The notes under the pieces: model-generated
What the model was told of the DNA's origin: nothing
Databases searched by the model: none
The model's input: the letters and a program-made list of their open reading frames with translations, nothing else
Position numbers and translations under genes: made by a program
Shown here: positions 12,925 through 25,160 of the stretch, in pieces
Numbering within the stretch: position 1 is the first letter of the stretch
How the letters are laid out: every line of letters begins with the position of its first letter
NCBI GenBank assembly: GCA_951406725.2
Contig: OX597839.1
Coordinates: forward strand, 1,922,001 to 1,986,000
Source of the DNA: Octopus vulgaris
Lineage: Eukaryota
Length of the DNA: 64,000 bases
Reading direction: 5' to 3'

Positions 12925-13659
12925 AAGGACAGGCAAACGGATTAAGTCGATTACATCAACCCCAGTGCGTAACTGGTACTTAATTTATCGACCCCGAAAG
13001 GATGACAGGCAAAGTCGACCTCGGCGGAATTTGAACTCAGAACGTAACGGCAGACGAAATACCTATTTCTTTATTACCCACAAGGGGCTAAACATAGAGG
13101 GGACAAACAAGGACAGACATAGGTATTAAGTCGATTACATCAACCCCAGTGCGTAACTGGTACTTAATTAATCGACCCCGAAAGGATGAAAGGCAAAGTC
13201 GACCTCGGCGGAATTTGAACTCAGAACGTAACGGCAGACGAAATACCTATTTCTTTATTACCCACAAGGGGCTAAACATAGAGGGGACAAACAAGGACAA
13301 ACAAAGGGATTAAGTCGATTACATCAACCCCAGTGCGTAACTGGTACTTAATTTATCGACCCCGAAAGGATGAAAGGCAAAGTCGACCTCGGCGGAATTT
13401 GAACTCAGAACGTAACGGCAGACGAAATACCTATTTCTTTATTACCCACAAGGGGCTAAACATAGAGGGGACAAACAAGGACAAACAAAGGGATTAAGTC
13501 GATTACATCAACCCCAGTGCATAACTGGTACTTAATTTATCGACCCCGAAAGGATGAAAGGCAAAGTCGACCTCGGCGGAATTTGAACTCAGAACGTAAC
13601 GGCAGACGAAATACCGCTAAGCATTTCGCCCGGCGTGCTAACATTTCTGCCAGCTCGCG
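12925..13659 (-). mobile_element. SINE family B, one head plus tandem array of four 184-bp units
   Basis: AAGTCGATTACATC recurs at 12944, 13128, 13312, 13496; B-box-like GAGTTCAAATTC; central GACTTTGCCTTTCATCCTTTCGGGGTCGATAAATTAAGTACCAG resembles the Meta/MESC SINE domain. Confidence 0.9.
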
Positions 13660-14029
13660 GTCTTTTCTCTCAACCTTCGTTACCTTTAACATCGACCAAG
13701 TCACCACATTTGTAGACTATTTATGTAAGGAGACAGTGGAAGGTTTCCATAGCGGCGGAATATCCTGAGTACCGCGATGATAACTTTTTATGTTTGAGAT
13801 TTTCGAATTATTTAAGTTCCTACAATAGAAAAAAACGACTTCACTAAGTCTTGCTCAATTTTAGCAACGTAAGTCAAGTAAGCATTGATTTCTCTCGACA
13901 CCCGACAACAGTCCACGTTGTAGGTATATGCAATATCGTGGCCCGCCCTAAATTAGTCATCGGAGACCAGGTTGTGATGATAAAGCATGTTTTGTAATCA
14001 GAATAGATATGGAGAAAAGGTGTGGCGAG

Positions 14030-14101
14030 AGACAGATAGATAGCTAGCGAGATAGATAGATGGTTGGATAGATAAACAGAAAGACAGGTAGATAGACCAA
14101 C

Positions 14102-14159
<58 letters not shown>

Positions 14160-14164
14160 GTAGG

Positions 14165-14223
<59 letters not shown>

Positions 14224-14228
14224 GTAGG

Positions 14229-14287
<59 letters not shown>

Positions 14288-14340
14288 GCAGACAGGCAGA
14301 CGGATAGACGGACAGACGGACGGTTGGGCAGACAGACAGG
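14030..14340. repeat. (GATA)n/(GACA)n microsatellite
   Basis: Direct reading. Confidence 0.97.
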
Positions 14341-14546
14341 TAAATGTTCATGATGGCGTCAAATGTCCTTGACTTTACGCGCAATTGCCAGAGCGTCCTA
14401 CTTTTGTATGATCTGATATGAATGGCCGAAGGGGAAGCGGCAGGGGGAGGAGGAGGACGTGGAAGAGGAGGGGGAATGAGTATGATATAAGTTTATTAAA
14501 GGGGGCGGATAAGGGTCTGGGATGTACTACTTCTACTACTAGTAAA

Positions 14547-14586
<40 letters not shown>

Positions 14587-14589
<3 letters not shown>

Positions 14590-15137
14590 CCCTGATGCAG
14601 TACCAGGCAGTGGCTCTCATGGCTTCTGATCTTAACTGATTGGAAGTGTTATCATGTACATTGTTTTGTCTTGGTATAAAAGATGGACTACAGCAAATAT
14701 TCTGCTCAATACCACAGATTTGCTTGTCAGTTGTTTGACCTTAACCAGTTGAGCATGTCCCTTAGTGGCTGACGATATGTGCATCTCTGATCACGAGCAG
14801 AAGTAGTGGGGGAGCATCATAGCCATGTGTTGAGAGGGATTCTTTGGGGTTTGAATAACATGGGCTGGAAACATGGGTGTTTCGTTCAACATCCTTAAAC
14901 AACCCTTATTCAGGGACCTTTTGAGCAGGATGGGTTACTCGACCAGAAGAAAATTCTAACTGGGCCCCACCTGCAAGGTTATGTGCCGTTTATCTTGATA
15001 TGAGGTCACCGTGTCGCGCACATATGGTTGTGATGCATGTGCCTGGTGTACCCTTATCAAACGGGTAGTTATGATGGGTATACAGGGCTTCGTATATTTT
15101 ATCCCAGTGTCACTTTGATGGCATACACAGCTCTCTC

Positions 15138-15138
<1 letters not shown>
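14587..15138 (+). mobile_element. (TAA)n-embedded non-coding element D, full copy
   Basis: Begins TGCCCTGATGCAGTACCAGG, ends GCTCTCTCA; (TAA)n on both sides. Confidence 0.88.
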
Positions 15139-15198
<60 letters not shown>

Positions 15199-15200
<2 letters not shown>

Positions 15201-15754
15201 GCCCTGATGCAGTACCAGGCAGTGGCTCTCATGGCTTCTGATCTTAACTGATTGGAAGTGTTATCATGTACATTGTTTTGTCTTGGTATAAAAGATGGGC
15301 TACAGCAAATATTCTGCTCAATACCACAGATTTGCTTGTCAGTTGTTTGACCTTAACCAGTTGAGCATGTCCCTTAGTGGCTGACGATATGTGCATCTCT
15401 AATCACGAGCAGAAGTAGTGGGGGTGCATCATAGCCATGTGTTGAGAGGGATTCGTTGTGGTTTGAATAATTCACCTCTGGAAACATGGGTGGTTTTTTC
15501 AACATCCTTAAACAACCCTTATTCAGGGACCGTTTGAGCGGGATGGGCTACTCAACCTGAAGAAAATTCTAACTGGGCCCCACCTGCAAGGTCATGTGCT
15601 GTTTATCTTGATATGAGATTACTATGTCGCGCACATTTGGTTGTGATGCATGTGCCTGGTGTGCCCTTATCAGACGGGTAGTCATGATGGGTATATTGGG
15701 CTTCGTACATTTTACCCCAGTGTCACTTTGATGGCATGAACTGCTCTCTCACTC
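15199..15754 (+). mobile_element. Element D, second full copy in tandem
   Basis: Same termini, separated from the first copy by (TAA)n and followed by (TAA)n. Confidence 0.88.
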
Positions 15755-15787
<33 letters not shown>

Positions 15788-16385
15788 TTTGTTGTTGTGA
15801 TCGTTGTTATTGTTGCAATTTGATTTTATCTTGCTTGTTGATGTGCAGTCTTTTGACCTGAATAATTCCTTCTTTGTTGGCCGTAAGAGCTGCGGAAAAC
15901 ATTGAGAACAATACACAGACAGATGACAAATGATTCACATAGAAAACTTGTGAATAATAACTAATAAATAAATGAACGACAACAATTGACAAAGAAAAAT
16001 TCGAACGAACAAATTCCCCCAATAAGAGGAAACGCCACCAAGGGGAAAACCAGGAACCTCACAGACCCTGATCCCACTTACTCATCAAGAATACTATAGC
16101 AAGAGCTCCTTTCTCCTCCTTACTCTTCCTTACTCATTCTATAAGCGCCGGTTTAGAGTGGGTCCACTCACTTAGACCATCGTCACCACATTCACCTTCC
16201 TATCAGTAAATTTACTTAGTAGGATAGAAGTAGGGGACAGTACATCTCCTTGAACTCAGAAATCTCTTTTCAAATACAATTTTTAAAAGGCCAAAGAGGG
16301 CTTGGTCAAAGAGGAAAGCGTCTGTCCGAAGTCCTTTCGGTCTCTTCACTACACAATTTCTTTAGCCATAGCCCTACGTTTCGGA

Positions 16386-17107
16386 CAGTGGTTTTCAACC
16401 AGAGTCCATATGGCCTTTGAAGGGTAGGGTCTACGCAATGAAATAAATCGGGAATCCGCAGTAATATTTTAAGGGCCCCTGAATAAATTTTGCTTTCGAT
16501 GTATGTATTGGTATGTATTGCACGAAACAGCTGGGTTTCTTTTTTCAACATTTTACATCGTTCAACCTACACAAGTGAATGTGTGGAAAACAAAACAGGA
16601 AGTCCATATGGCCTTTTAAGGTGGGGGTCTACGCAATGAAATAAATCGGGAATCCGCAGTAATATTTTAAGGGCCCCTGAATAAATTTTGCTTTAGATGT
16701 ATGTATTGGTATGTATTGCACGAAACAACTGGGTTTCTTTTTTCAATAATTTACATCGTTCAACCTACACAAGTGAATGTGTGGAAAACAAAACAGGAAG
16801 TCCATATGGCCTTTTAAGGTGGGGGTCTACGCAATGAAATAAATCGGGAATCCGCAGTAATATTTTAAGGGCCCCTGAATAAATTTTGCTTTAGATGTAT
16901 GTATTGGTATGTATTGCACGAAACAGCTGGGTTTCTTTTTTCAACATTTTACATCGTTCAACCTACACAAGTGAATGTGTGGAAAACAAAACAGGAACTT
17001 TGAAAGAAGTTTCTTTAGAACTAGTTTTTAAACATCGAATGGTTATGGGAGTCCACCAGAATAAAAATAGTAATCAAAGGGGTTAATAAAATGGTTGAAA
17101 ACCCCTA
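16386..17107. mobile_element. hAT-type MITE with internal 3 x 198-bp tandem amplification
   Basis: TIRs CAGTGGTTTTCAACC / GGTTGAAAACCCCT; AGTCCATATGG at 16403, 16601, 16799. Confidence 0.8.
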
Positions 17108-17122
17108 GTCTACTCCTTAGTC

Positions 17123-17467
17123 CAGTGGTTCTCAACTGGGGTTCATATAAGATTTGGGCAAGTGTGAGGGGGTCACAAGGCAAAATAGTAAATTGGGGAT
17201 CTACAATAATATTCTAAGGGCTTTGAAAAAGATTTTCTTTAGATGTATGTATTGGGGTGAATTGTAAGAAACAGGTTTCTTTCTCTAACATTTTACGTAG
17301 TTCAACCTACACAAATTAATGTGTGAAAAACAAGATAGAAATTTTGAAAGTTTCTATAAAAATAGTTTTTAAATGTCGAATGGTTATGGAGGCGGGGAGG
17401 GGGGACACCATAATAAAATAGGAATCGAAGGGGTCCATAGATAAAAAAAAACAGTTGAGAAGCGCTG
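17123..17467. mobile_element. hAT-type MITE, same family, single unit
   Basis: TIRs CAGTGGTTCTCAACTG / CAGTTGAGAAGCGCTG; interior homologous to the 198-bp unit. Confidence 0.8.
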
Positions 17468-18368
17468 GTTTCGACTGAGATTGAAATATAAATGTGTGGT
17501 TGTGTGGTAAGTAGCTTGTTTACCAACCACATGGTTCCGGGTTCAGTCCCACTGCGTGGCGCCTTGTGCGAGTGTCTTCTACTATAGCCTCGGGCCCACC
17601 AAAGTTTTATGAGTGAATTTGGTCGACAGAAACTGAAAAAAGCCCTATCTATCTATCTATCTATCTAACTATATATCTATCTATCTATCTATATCTATCG
17701 ATCTATCCATCCCTCCATCCATCTATCTATCTGTCTAGCTGTTTATCTATCGATCTCTATCCTTATGTATGTGTATGTGTCTGTCCCCAACAACGCTTGG
17801 CAACCGGTGTTGGTTTGTTTAGGTCTTCGTAACTTAGCAGTTCGGCTAAAGGAATACTTAGTTGGGTCGATGTGTTTGATTAAAACTATCAAAACTGTGC
17901 CCCAGCATGTTCACAGTCTATTGACTGATAATAGATGCTCGAAATGAGGAGTAGATAGACAGCCGACAACTGGTGAAATGTCGTTCTCCGTGTTTACTTG
18001 TCCTGTTTTCCGTTTTTTCGTATTTCATGTTGTTTTTGCAGTTGGAGATGTCCTGCACCCATATATGCATATGTATATATATATATATATTTTTAAAATT
18101 AAGGATAAAATTTTTATAAGAAATTATCAGTAGGTAGCGTGAAAAACCTCGTAAGAGAAAAAATCCGTAAATTTTTCCACTTTGAGCAAAGAATGCATAT
18201 TCTGCATTGATTGCGAAATCACAGGTGATATGTAACTAAATTCTGTTTTTAAATGACTTGCGTTGAATGGTCGAAATGAGGAGTAGATAGACAGCGAACA
18301 ACTGTGTTTACTTGTCCTGTTTTCCAGTTTTTTCTCTTGTTTATTATATAATGTATATATATATATAT

Positions 18369-18676
18369 ATCATGTGATCACGTAACCGACCAGACCATCA
18401 GATGTTGCTACACATCGCTGGTCACAATGCGTTTGCATTGTTTTAGCCTTCGAATGACGCCACCCCGCTGGCTAAGCGAGCAGGCCAACAGAAGAAAGAG
18501 TGAGAGAAAGAGTGGGAGAAAGAGTGGTGAAAGAGTACAGCATGGATCACCACCCCCTGCCGGAGCATCGTGGAGCTTTTAGGTGTTTTCGATCAATAAA
18601 CACTCACAACGCCCGGTCTAGGAATCGAAACTGCGATCCTACGACCGCGAGTCTGCTGCCCCAACCACTAGGCCAT
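18369..18676 (-). mobile_element. tRNA-derived SINE family C
   Basis: Minus strand AATGGCCTAGTGGTTGGGGCAGCAGACTCGCGGTCGTAGGATCGCAGTTTCGATTCC; homologous to 29866-30110. Confidence 0.85.
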
Positions 18677-18693
18677 TATATATATATAACAAA

Positions 18694-19037
18694 GAGTGAA
18701 AATCTACAGAAGGTTTGTGTTATATAAGGTTAAAGAATATATATAAGTCGTTATGTTAGAAAAATGTTATAAATTTTTTCTGTATATTACCATAGTTTTG
18801 GGAGAAATAACCGGTTTCGTATAGTCTTTTCAAATTTTTCAAATTTCTTTACCTATATGGTGTCATGTCTTCGCTATGTAGGTAAAGAAATTTCAGAAAT
18901 TTGAAAAGAAAATACGATACCGGTTATTTTTCCAAAAACTATGTTAATATACACAAAATTTTATAACATTTTCTAACATAACGTCTGAAATATATTCTTT
19001 AACCTTATAACACAAGCCTTCTGTAGTTTTTTCACTC
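18694..19037. repeat. ~345-bp imperfect palindrome (fold-back)
   Basis: GAGTGAAAATCTACAGAAGG...TTTACCTATA / TGTAGGTAAA...CCTTCTGTAGTTTTTTCACTC with a short central loop. Confidence 0.9.
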
Positions 19038-19182
19038 AGTTTCCGCCAACCAAATCAACTGACATGGGTTTGGTCGGCCCAAGTCTATAGTAGAAGACAC
19101 TTGCCCAGGGACTGAACCCGGAACCATATGCTTGGCAAGCAAGTTTCTTAGCCCACAGCCACGCCCGCACCTACATATGTAT

Positions 19183-19253
<71 letters not shown>

Positions 19254-19268
19254 CATACATACACACAC

Positions 19269-19303
<35 letters not shown>

Positions 19304-19443
19304 TGTACACATATATATATACAAATATATATATACACAAAGATATATATATATATATACTTACATACATACAGTAGACCAAAAAAACACGTACGCCGCT
19401 ATATGTGTGTATACACACATGCACACACACATATATATATATG

Positions 19444-19478
<35 letters not shown>

Positions 19479-19737
19479 ATAAACAAAAAATGGAACAAGA
19501 GCGTAACAGGCGGCAATAAAACATCCGGGCAGTTACGCAATACAAAAAAGGACAGGAAAAAACAAGGACGGTCATTCGGAGCTTTCTACCTTCAGTCGAA
19601 TTCCAGATCGTCGTTGCAGTTTCGGCCAGTTAGAAAGCAAGTGAATATATATGAGAAAGATAGATAGACGGATTAGACAGAGACATACATACATACATAC
19701 ATACATACATACATACATACATACATACATACATACA

Positions 19738-19771
<34 letters not shown>

Positions 19772-20135
19772 CATACATACATACATACATACATACATAC
19801 ATACATGTAAATACATATTGAAAGCAATAGAAATGGAAGTAAGATATATTGATACATAATGAAAGTAATAGAAATAGAAACCGCATAATAGTGAAAGTAT
19901 TAATAGAGCTGTTTTTGTTTCACTTTTAACATATAATAGGGAAACAGTATAAGAGATAAGAAATAGCTCAGGGCTCGCATTAGGCAAGAAGTTGAAAAAA
20001 ATTTGGGACAGATGACACTGCATGGACCCTAAATAAGACATGTGTAAATTTTGAGGGTAGTTCCCGACTTTTAGTGAAACAGACAGACGGACACGCACAT
20101 TCTCAGTTTCATATATATATATTCTTTTATTCCTT

Positions 20136-20333
20136 TATTCTTTTACTTGTTTCAGTCATTTGACTGCGGCCATGCTGGGGCACCGTCTTTTGTCAAGCAA
20201 ATCGACCCCAGGACTTATTCTTTGTAAAGCCTAGTACTTATTCTATCGGTCTGTTTTGCCGAACCGCTAAGTTTCGGGATCGTAAACACAGCAGCATCGA
20301 TTGCTAAGCGATGTTGGGGTGACAAACGCAGAC

Positions 20334-20382
<49 letters not shown>

Positions 20383-20425
20383 CTCTCTCTCTCTCTCTCT
20401 TTACACACACACACACACACACACT

Positions 20426-20490
<65 letters not shown>

Positions 20491-20634
20491 GACGGGCTTC
20501 TTTCAGTTTCCGTCTACCAAATCCACTAACAAGGTTTTGGTCGGCCCGCGGATACAGCAGAAAATACTTGGCCAACGCAGTGGGACTGAACCCGGAACTA
20601 TGCGATTGGTAAGCAAGCTACTTACCACACAGCC
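20136..20634 (-). mobile_element. SINE family A with expanded (CT)(CA)(TA) microsatellite
   Basis: Reverse complement of the family A unit. Confidence 0.88.
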
Positions 20635-20642
20635 ATGTATAT

Positions 20643-21026
20643 ACTCTTTTACTTGCTTCAGTAATTTGACTGCAGCCATGCTGGAGCACCGCCTTGAAGG
20701 GTTTTAGTCAAACGAGTCAGCTTCTTTTCTATATCCTAGTAATTATTCTGTCGACCGCTTTTGCCGAACCGCTAGGTTATGTAGATGTAAACACATCAAC
20801 ACCTGTCGCCAAGTGGTAATGTGGGGGGGGAGTCAAACATAAACACAGACACATACACATGCACAATCACGCACACACACACACACGACGGGCTTTTCAC
20901 TCATAAGGTTTTGGTCGGCTCGAGGCTGTAGTAGAAAACGCTTGTTCAAGTGCCACGCAGTGGGACTGAACACGAGCCCGTGTGATTGGAAAACAAGCTT
21001 TTTAGCACACAGCAACACCTGCGCCT
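20643..21026 (-). mobile_element. SINE family A, older diverged copy
   Basis: Reverse complement of the family A unit with many substitutions. Confidence 0.8.
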
Positions 21027-21468
21027 ATACACACACACACACACACACACACGTGTGTGTGTGTTCGTGAGTGTGTTCGTGTGTGTGTTCGTGTGTGTGT
21101 GTGTGTGTTTGTGTATTTGTGTGTGTGTGTGTATTTGAGTGTGGGTCCCCAATCCCCACTCGACAACCGGTGTTGGTGTGTTTACGTCCCCGAACTCTAG
21201 CGGTTCGGCAAAAGAAACTGATGAAATAGGCACGACTTTTACAGAAAAATAAATATTGGACTCGATTTGTCCCACCAGTACCCTTGCAAGGCCTTTCCCA
21301 AGCACGGCCGCGGTACAATGCATGAAACACGACAAGGGACAGAGGTTAATGAAAAGCAAAAGGGAGAAAGAAAGAGTAAGAAAGGCATAGAGAAAGAGAG
21401 AAAAAGATAGAAAGGTAGAGAGAAAGAGAAAGAAAAGCAGACAGAAAGAGAGAAAGAATTAAAAAGCA

Positions 21469-21625
21469 AGTGGCTGTGTGGTAAGTAGCTTGCTAACCAA
21501 CCACATGGTTCCGGGTTCAGTCCCACTGCGTGGCATCTTGGGCAAGTGTCTTCTGCTATAGCCCCGGGCCGACCAATGCCTTGTGAGTGGATTTGGTAGA
21601 TGGAAACTGAAAGAAGCCTGTCGTA

Positions 21626-21676
<51 letters not shown>

Positions 21677-21881
21677 TTGTGTGTCTGTGCTTGTCCCCCT
21701 AGCATTGCTTGACAACCGATGCTGGTGTGTTTACGTCCCCGTCACTTAGCGGTTCGGCAAAAGACAGACCGATAGAATAAGTACTGGGTTTACAAAGAAT
21801 AAGTCCCGGGGTCGATTTGCTCGACTAAAGGCGGTGCTCCAGCATGGCCGCAGTCAAATGACTGAAACAAGTAAAAGAGTA
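21469..21881 (+). mobile_element. SINE family A
   Basis: Near-identical to 11450-11883. Confidence 0.92.
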
Positions 21882-22533
21882 AAAAAGCAACAGTCAACGT
21901 GCATCATATATTGTTGGGCGATAATCCATGCTGGACATATACAAACAGGAAATAGATTATGTGACAGCTTCGTCATAAATATTGCAGCCGTGACATGATA
22001 GGAAAGAAAATTAAACGGGGAGAAAGAGGAAAGGGACATTTGACGGATGTACATGTAATTGATTAACGATAATTTCAAAACTGGTATTAAAATCGACCAA
22101 TCATATTTTAGGATTTAAATCCGTGTACTTGTATCACGTGACCTTGGCAGTTTTTTTTTTTCTTTTCATCAAATTCTGAGGATAGAATTTTTATTTTTAT
22201 CGAATTCCGAGAATTAACGTGAATAAATAAAAAACCGTACGTATTGTGAATATTGAACTGGCTGACTCATTACGTAACTGAGTGACTCATTAGCTCAGCG
22301 GTTCTCAACCTTTCCACTACCCAGGATTATTTAAATGAGCTATAAACATTATCAATGGCGCAGGAGTGGCTGTGTGGTAAGTAGCTTGCTAACCAACCAC
22401 ATGGTTCCGGGTTCAATCCCACTGCGTGGCATCTTGGGCGAGTGTCTTCTGCTATAGCCCCGGGCCGACCAATGCCTTGTGAGTGGATTTGGTAGACGGA
22501 AACTGAAAGAAGCCTGTCGTATATATATATATG

Positions 22534-22595
<62 letters not shown>

Positions 22596-22600
<5 letters not shown>

Positions 22601-23465
22601 ACCCTTTGATTCATGCCACCCACGACACACTAGAATGAATGTCCCTTTTTGTTTAGCTAGAAGGATTTGCACCATAATATCAGACACAAACACCCGACAC
22701 ACACGTCTCCAGGAACTTAGAACCACACTCACAAATAGAAACTATCCACAGCCCCTAATAGACAGTGCAATCCAACGGGTACTTAAATTAAGTATAGAAG
22801 ACCTGAGACAAACAAAACCAAAAAAGAAAGAACAATTAAAAACCCTTCCCTACATCTCTACACACAACCCACTCAACAATGAGGCCTTCAACACCATACT
22901 ACAAAGCACAGCCCTACTAAAGGGAGACCCAAAGATGAACCGGATCCTCGAAACACACACCATCATTAAAAGTAAACGGCAACCAAAATCCTTGAAAAGG
23001 ATTTTAACCCAAGCTACACTGCACTCAACATCAACCACAAAACCAGCAGTTAGAAAATGTGGAAGGCCCAACTGCGGAATCTGTGTCATCTTGAAAGAAG
23101 GATCAGAATTTATACTGGAACAAGGCCACCAGTTCACCATTAGAACAAACTTCACCTGCGCATCAGAAAACTTAATTTACGTCATAACATGCGCAGGCTG
23201 CAATAGGCAGTATATAGGCCATACAAAAAATAGCTTACGTAACAGGATGGCGGTGCATAAATCACAAATTAGAAACCCTGATTACCGCAAAATACCGGTC
23301 AGCGGACACATAGATAGATGTGCTGGAAATGTAAATCCGAAATTTACAACTAACCCGCTCTATAAATTCAGTGACAACGCAACCTTCACACAACGCCAAA
23401 ATAAAGAACTATATTTCATAAAAAAATTTAGACCAAGTTTAAACACCCTGGGCCAGGAATACTAA
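22596..23465 (+). CDS. Penelope-like element C-terminal ORF: RT thumb, Cys linker, GIY-YIG endonuclease with CCHH motif (5'-truncated; Neptune/Naiad type)
   Basis: Open ~289 aa: YLPFDSCHPRHT..PFCLARRICTI, RNYP, KRQPKSLKRIL, CGRPNCGIC, NLIYVITCAGCNRQYIGHT, R.RM..H, H..RC, E..FIKKF.P.LN. Confidence 0.92.
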
Positions 23466-23629
23466 AACAAAAGATAAGTCCTCCGAAAAGGAGAAGCAAA
23501 ATTCCACCACGGCCGCTACTTCAAACAGACACTCACTCTGACGGAAATACGCCTTAGTAAAAAAGGGAAAAAAATTCTTTCGTGCAAATCTGACCCTGAT
23601 ACATACGATACAGCTAAGGGTCAGACCCG

Positions 23630-24010
23630 ATTCTGATTGGTCAACAAGTTGATGACGTCTAGCTCTGTTAGAATGGACAGGATACAAACAGGGGACAGTC
23701 ATTAGTCAGACAGGGGCAGATATTATAAGTCGTGATGACGTCCCGTTCTGCTTGACTAACGAAGCGACTGGTCAAAACAGGAAACAAACAAGAGGCAGTT
23801 ATAATGCAGCGATTGGTCAAAATAATGATGACGTCCCGTTCTACTTGACTAAAGCCACCTAACGAAACGATTGGTCAAAACGTTGATGACGTCACGCTAC
23901 GCTGAATTGACCACCTAACAGGCATTATAAAACCGAGCACTTCACAAAAACTCACTAGAACCACCCAGCGAACATCCACCATGGGTCATCACATTTGCTT
24001 AAGGTAAAAA
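23630..24010 (+). promoter_or_regulatory. Pol II promoter-like array in the PLE pseudo-LTR
   Basis: ATTGG at 23636, 23812, 23870, each 14 bp before TGATGACGTC (23650, 23826, 23884; extra at 23733); TATAAAA 23926; CTCACT 23951; CCACCATGG 23976; AAG|GTAAAA 24001. Confidence 0.65.
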
Positions 24011-24268
24011 TGAATTCCTCGCTCTTTCGGAAACATCAATCTTTTGTATTGACCGCTTTCCACCACTTTGATCTGTTTTTTGTATTGAATACGTATCGCC
24101 ACCGTGGGCCACTGATTCGAACACTTTGAACATATACTTCAAACTATATATCAATTATACATGAACTATATATCAACTATACATGAACTCTAAGATGTCT
24201 GACTCCGTTGTGTATTATAAATGAATTTCTTGTGTTTGACGGCATGAGCTGTCTTTTTTTATATATAA

Positions 24269-24314
24269 CTTTTTTTGATAAGGTTCATTTCAGGAACTGA
24301 AACATGTTATAATG
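24269..24314 (+). ncRNA. Minimal hammerhead motif, U3:A8 variant, at the PLE 3' end
   Basis: TTGATAA-GGTTC(ATTTCAG)GAACT-GAAA-CATG-TT; palindromic stem III ACATGT; weak stem I. Confidence 0.65.
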
Positions 24315-24370
24315 TATATGTAAAAATTAAAAATTGTATAATACAGCAGCATTTTCGAACTTCATTTTTT

Positions 24371-24474
<104 letters not shown>

Positions 24475-24740
24475 CTGTGTTTGTCCCCCTAGCATTGCTT
24501 GACAACCGATGCTAGTGTGTTTACGTCTCCGTCACTTAGCGGTTCGGCAAAAGAGACCGATAGAATAAGTACTAGGCTTACAAAGAATAAGTCCCGGGGT
24601 CGAGTTGCTCGACTAAAAAGGTGGTGCTCCAGCATGGCCGCAGTCAAAATGACTGAAACAAGTAAAAGAGTAAAAGAGTAAAGAGTAATGGAGGTTATGA
24701 TCGTAAAGTAAAACCAGGCGGTATCGATCTTAACTGAAAA

Positions 24741-25160
24741 GGCGGCGAGCTGGCAGAAACGTTAGCACGCCGGGCGAAATGCTTTGTGGTATTTCGTCTG
24801 CCGTTGCGTTCTGAGTTCAAATTCCGCCGAGGTCGACTTTGCCTTTCATCCTTTCGGGGTAGCTTAAATAAGTACCAGTTACGCACTGGGGTCGATATAA
24901 TCGACTTAATCGGTTTGTCTGTCCTTGTTTGTCTCTTCTATGTTTATCCCCTTGTGGGTAATAAAGAAATAGGTATTTTGTCTGCCGTTACGTTCTGAGT
25001 TCAAATTCCGCCGAGGTCGACTTTGCCTTTCATCCTTTCGGGGTCGATAAATTAAGTACCAGTTACGCACTGGGGTCGATATAATCGACTTAATCCGTTT
25101 GTCGGTCCTTGTTTGTCTCCTCTGTGTTTAGCCCCTTGTGGGTAGTAAAGAAATAGGTAT
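24741..25160 (+). mobile_element. SINE family B, head plus two tandem units
   Basis: GGCGGCGAGCTGGCAGAAACGTTAG head; second unit joined at AAAGAAATAG|GTATTT. Confidence 0.9.

Noticed and set aside
12925-13659. Regularly spaced repeats as a CRISPR-like array
   Set aside because: Whole 184-bp units repeat without unique spacers; eukaryotic SINE multimer.
22596-23465. Possible selenoprotein-type PLE
   Set aside because: No in-frame TGA; the conserved Cys positions are ordinary Cys codons.
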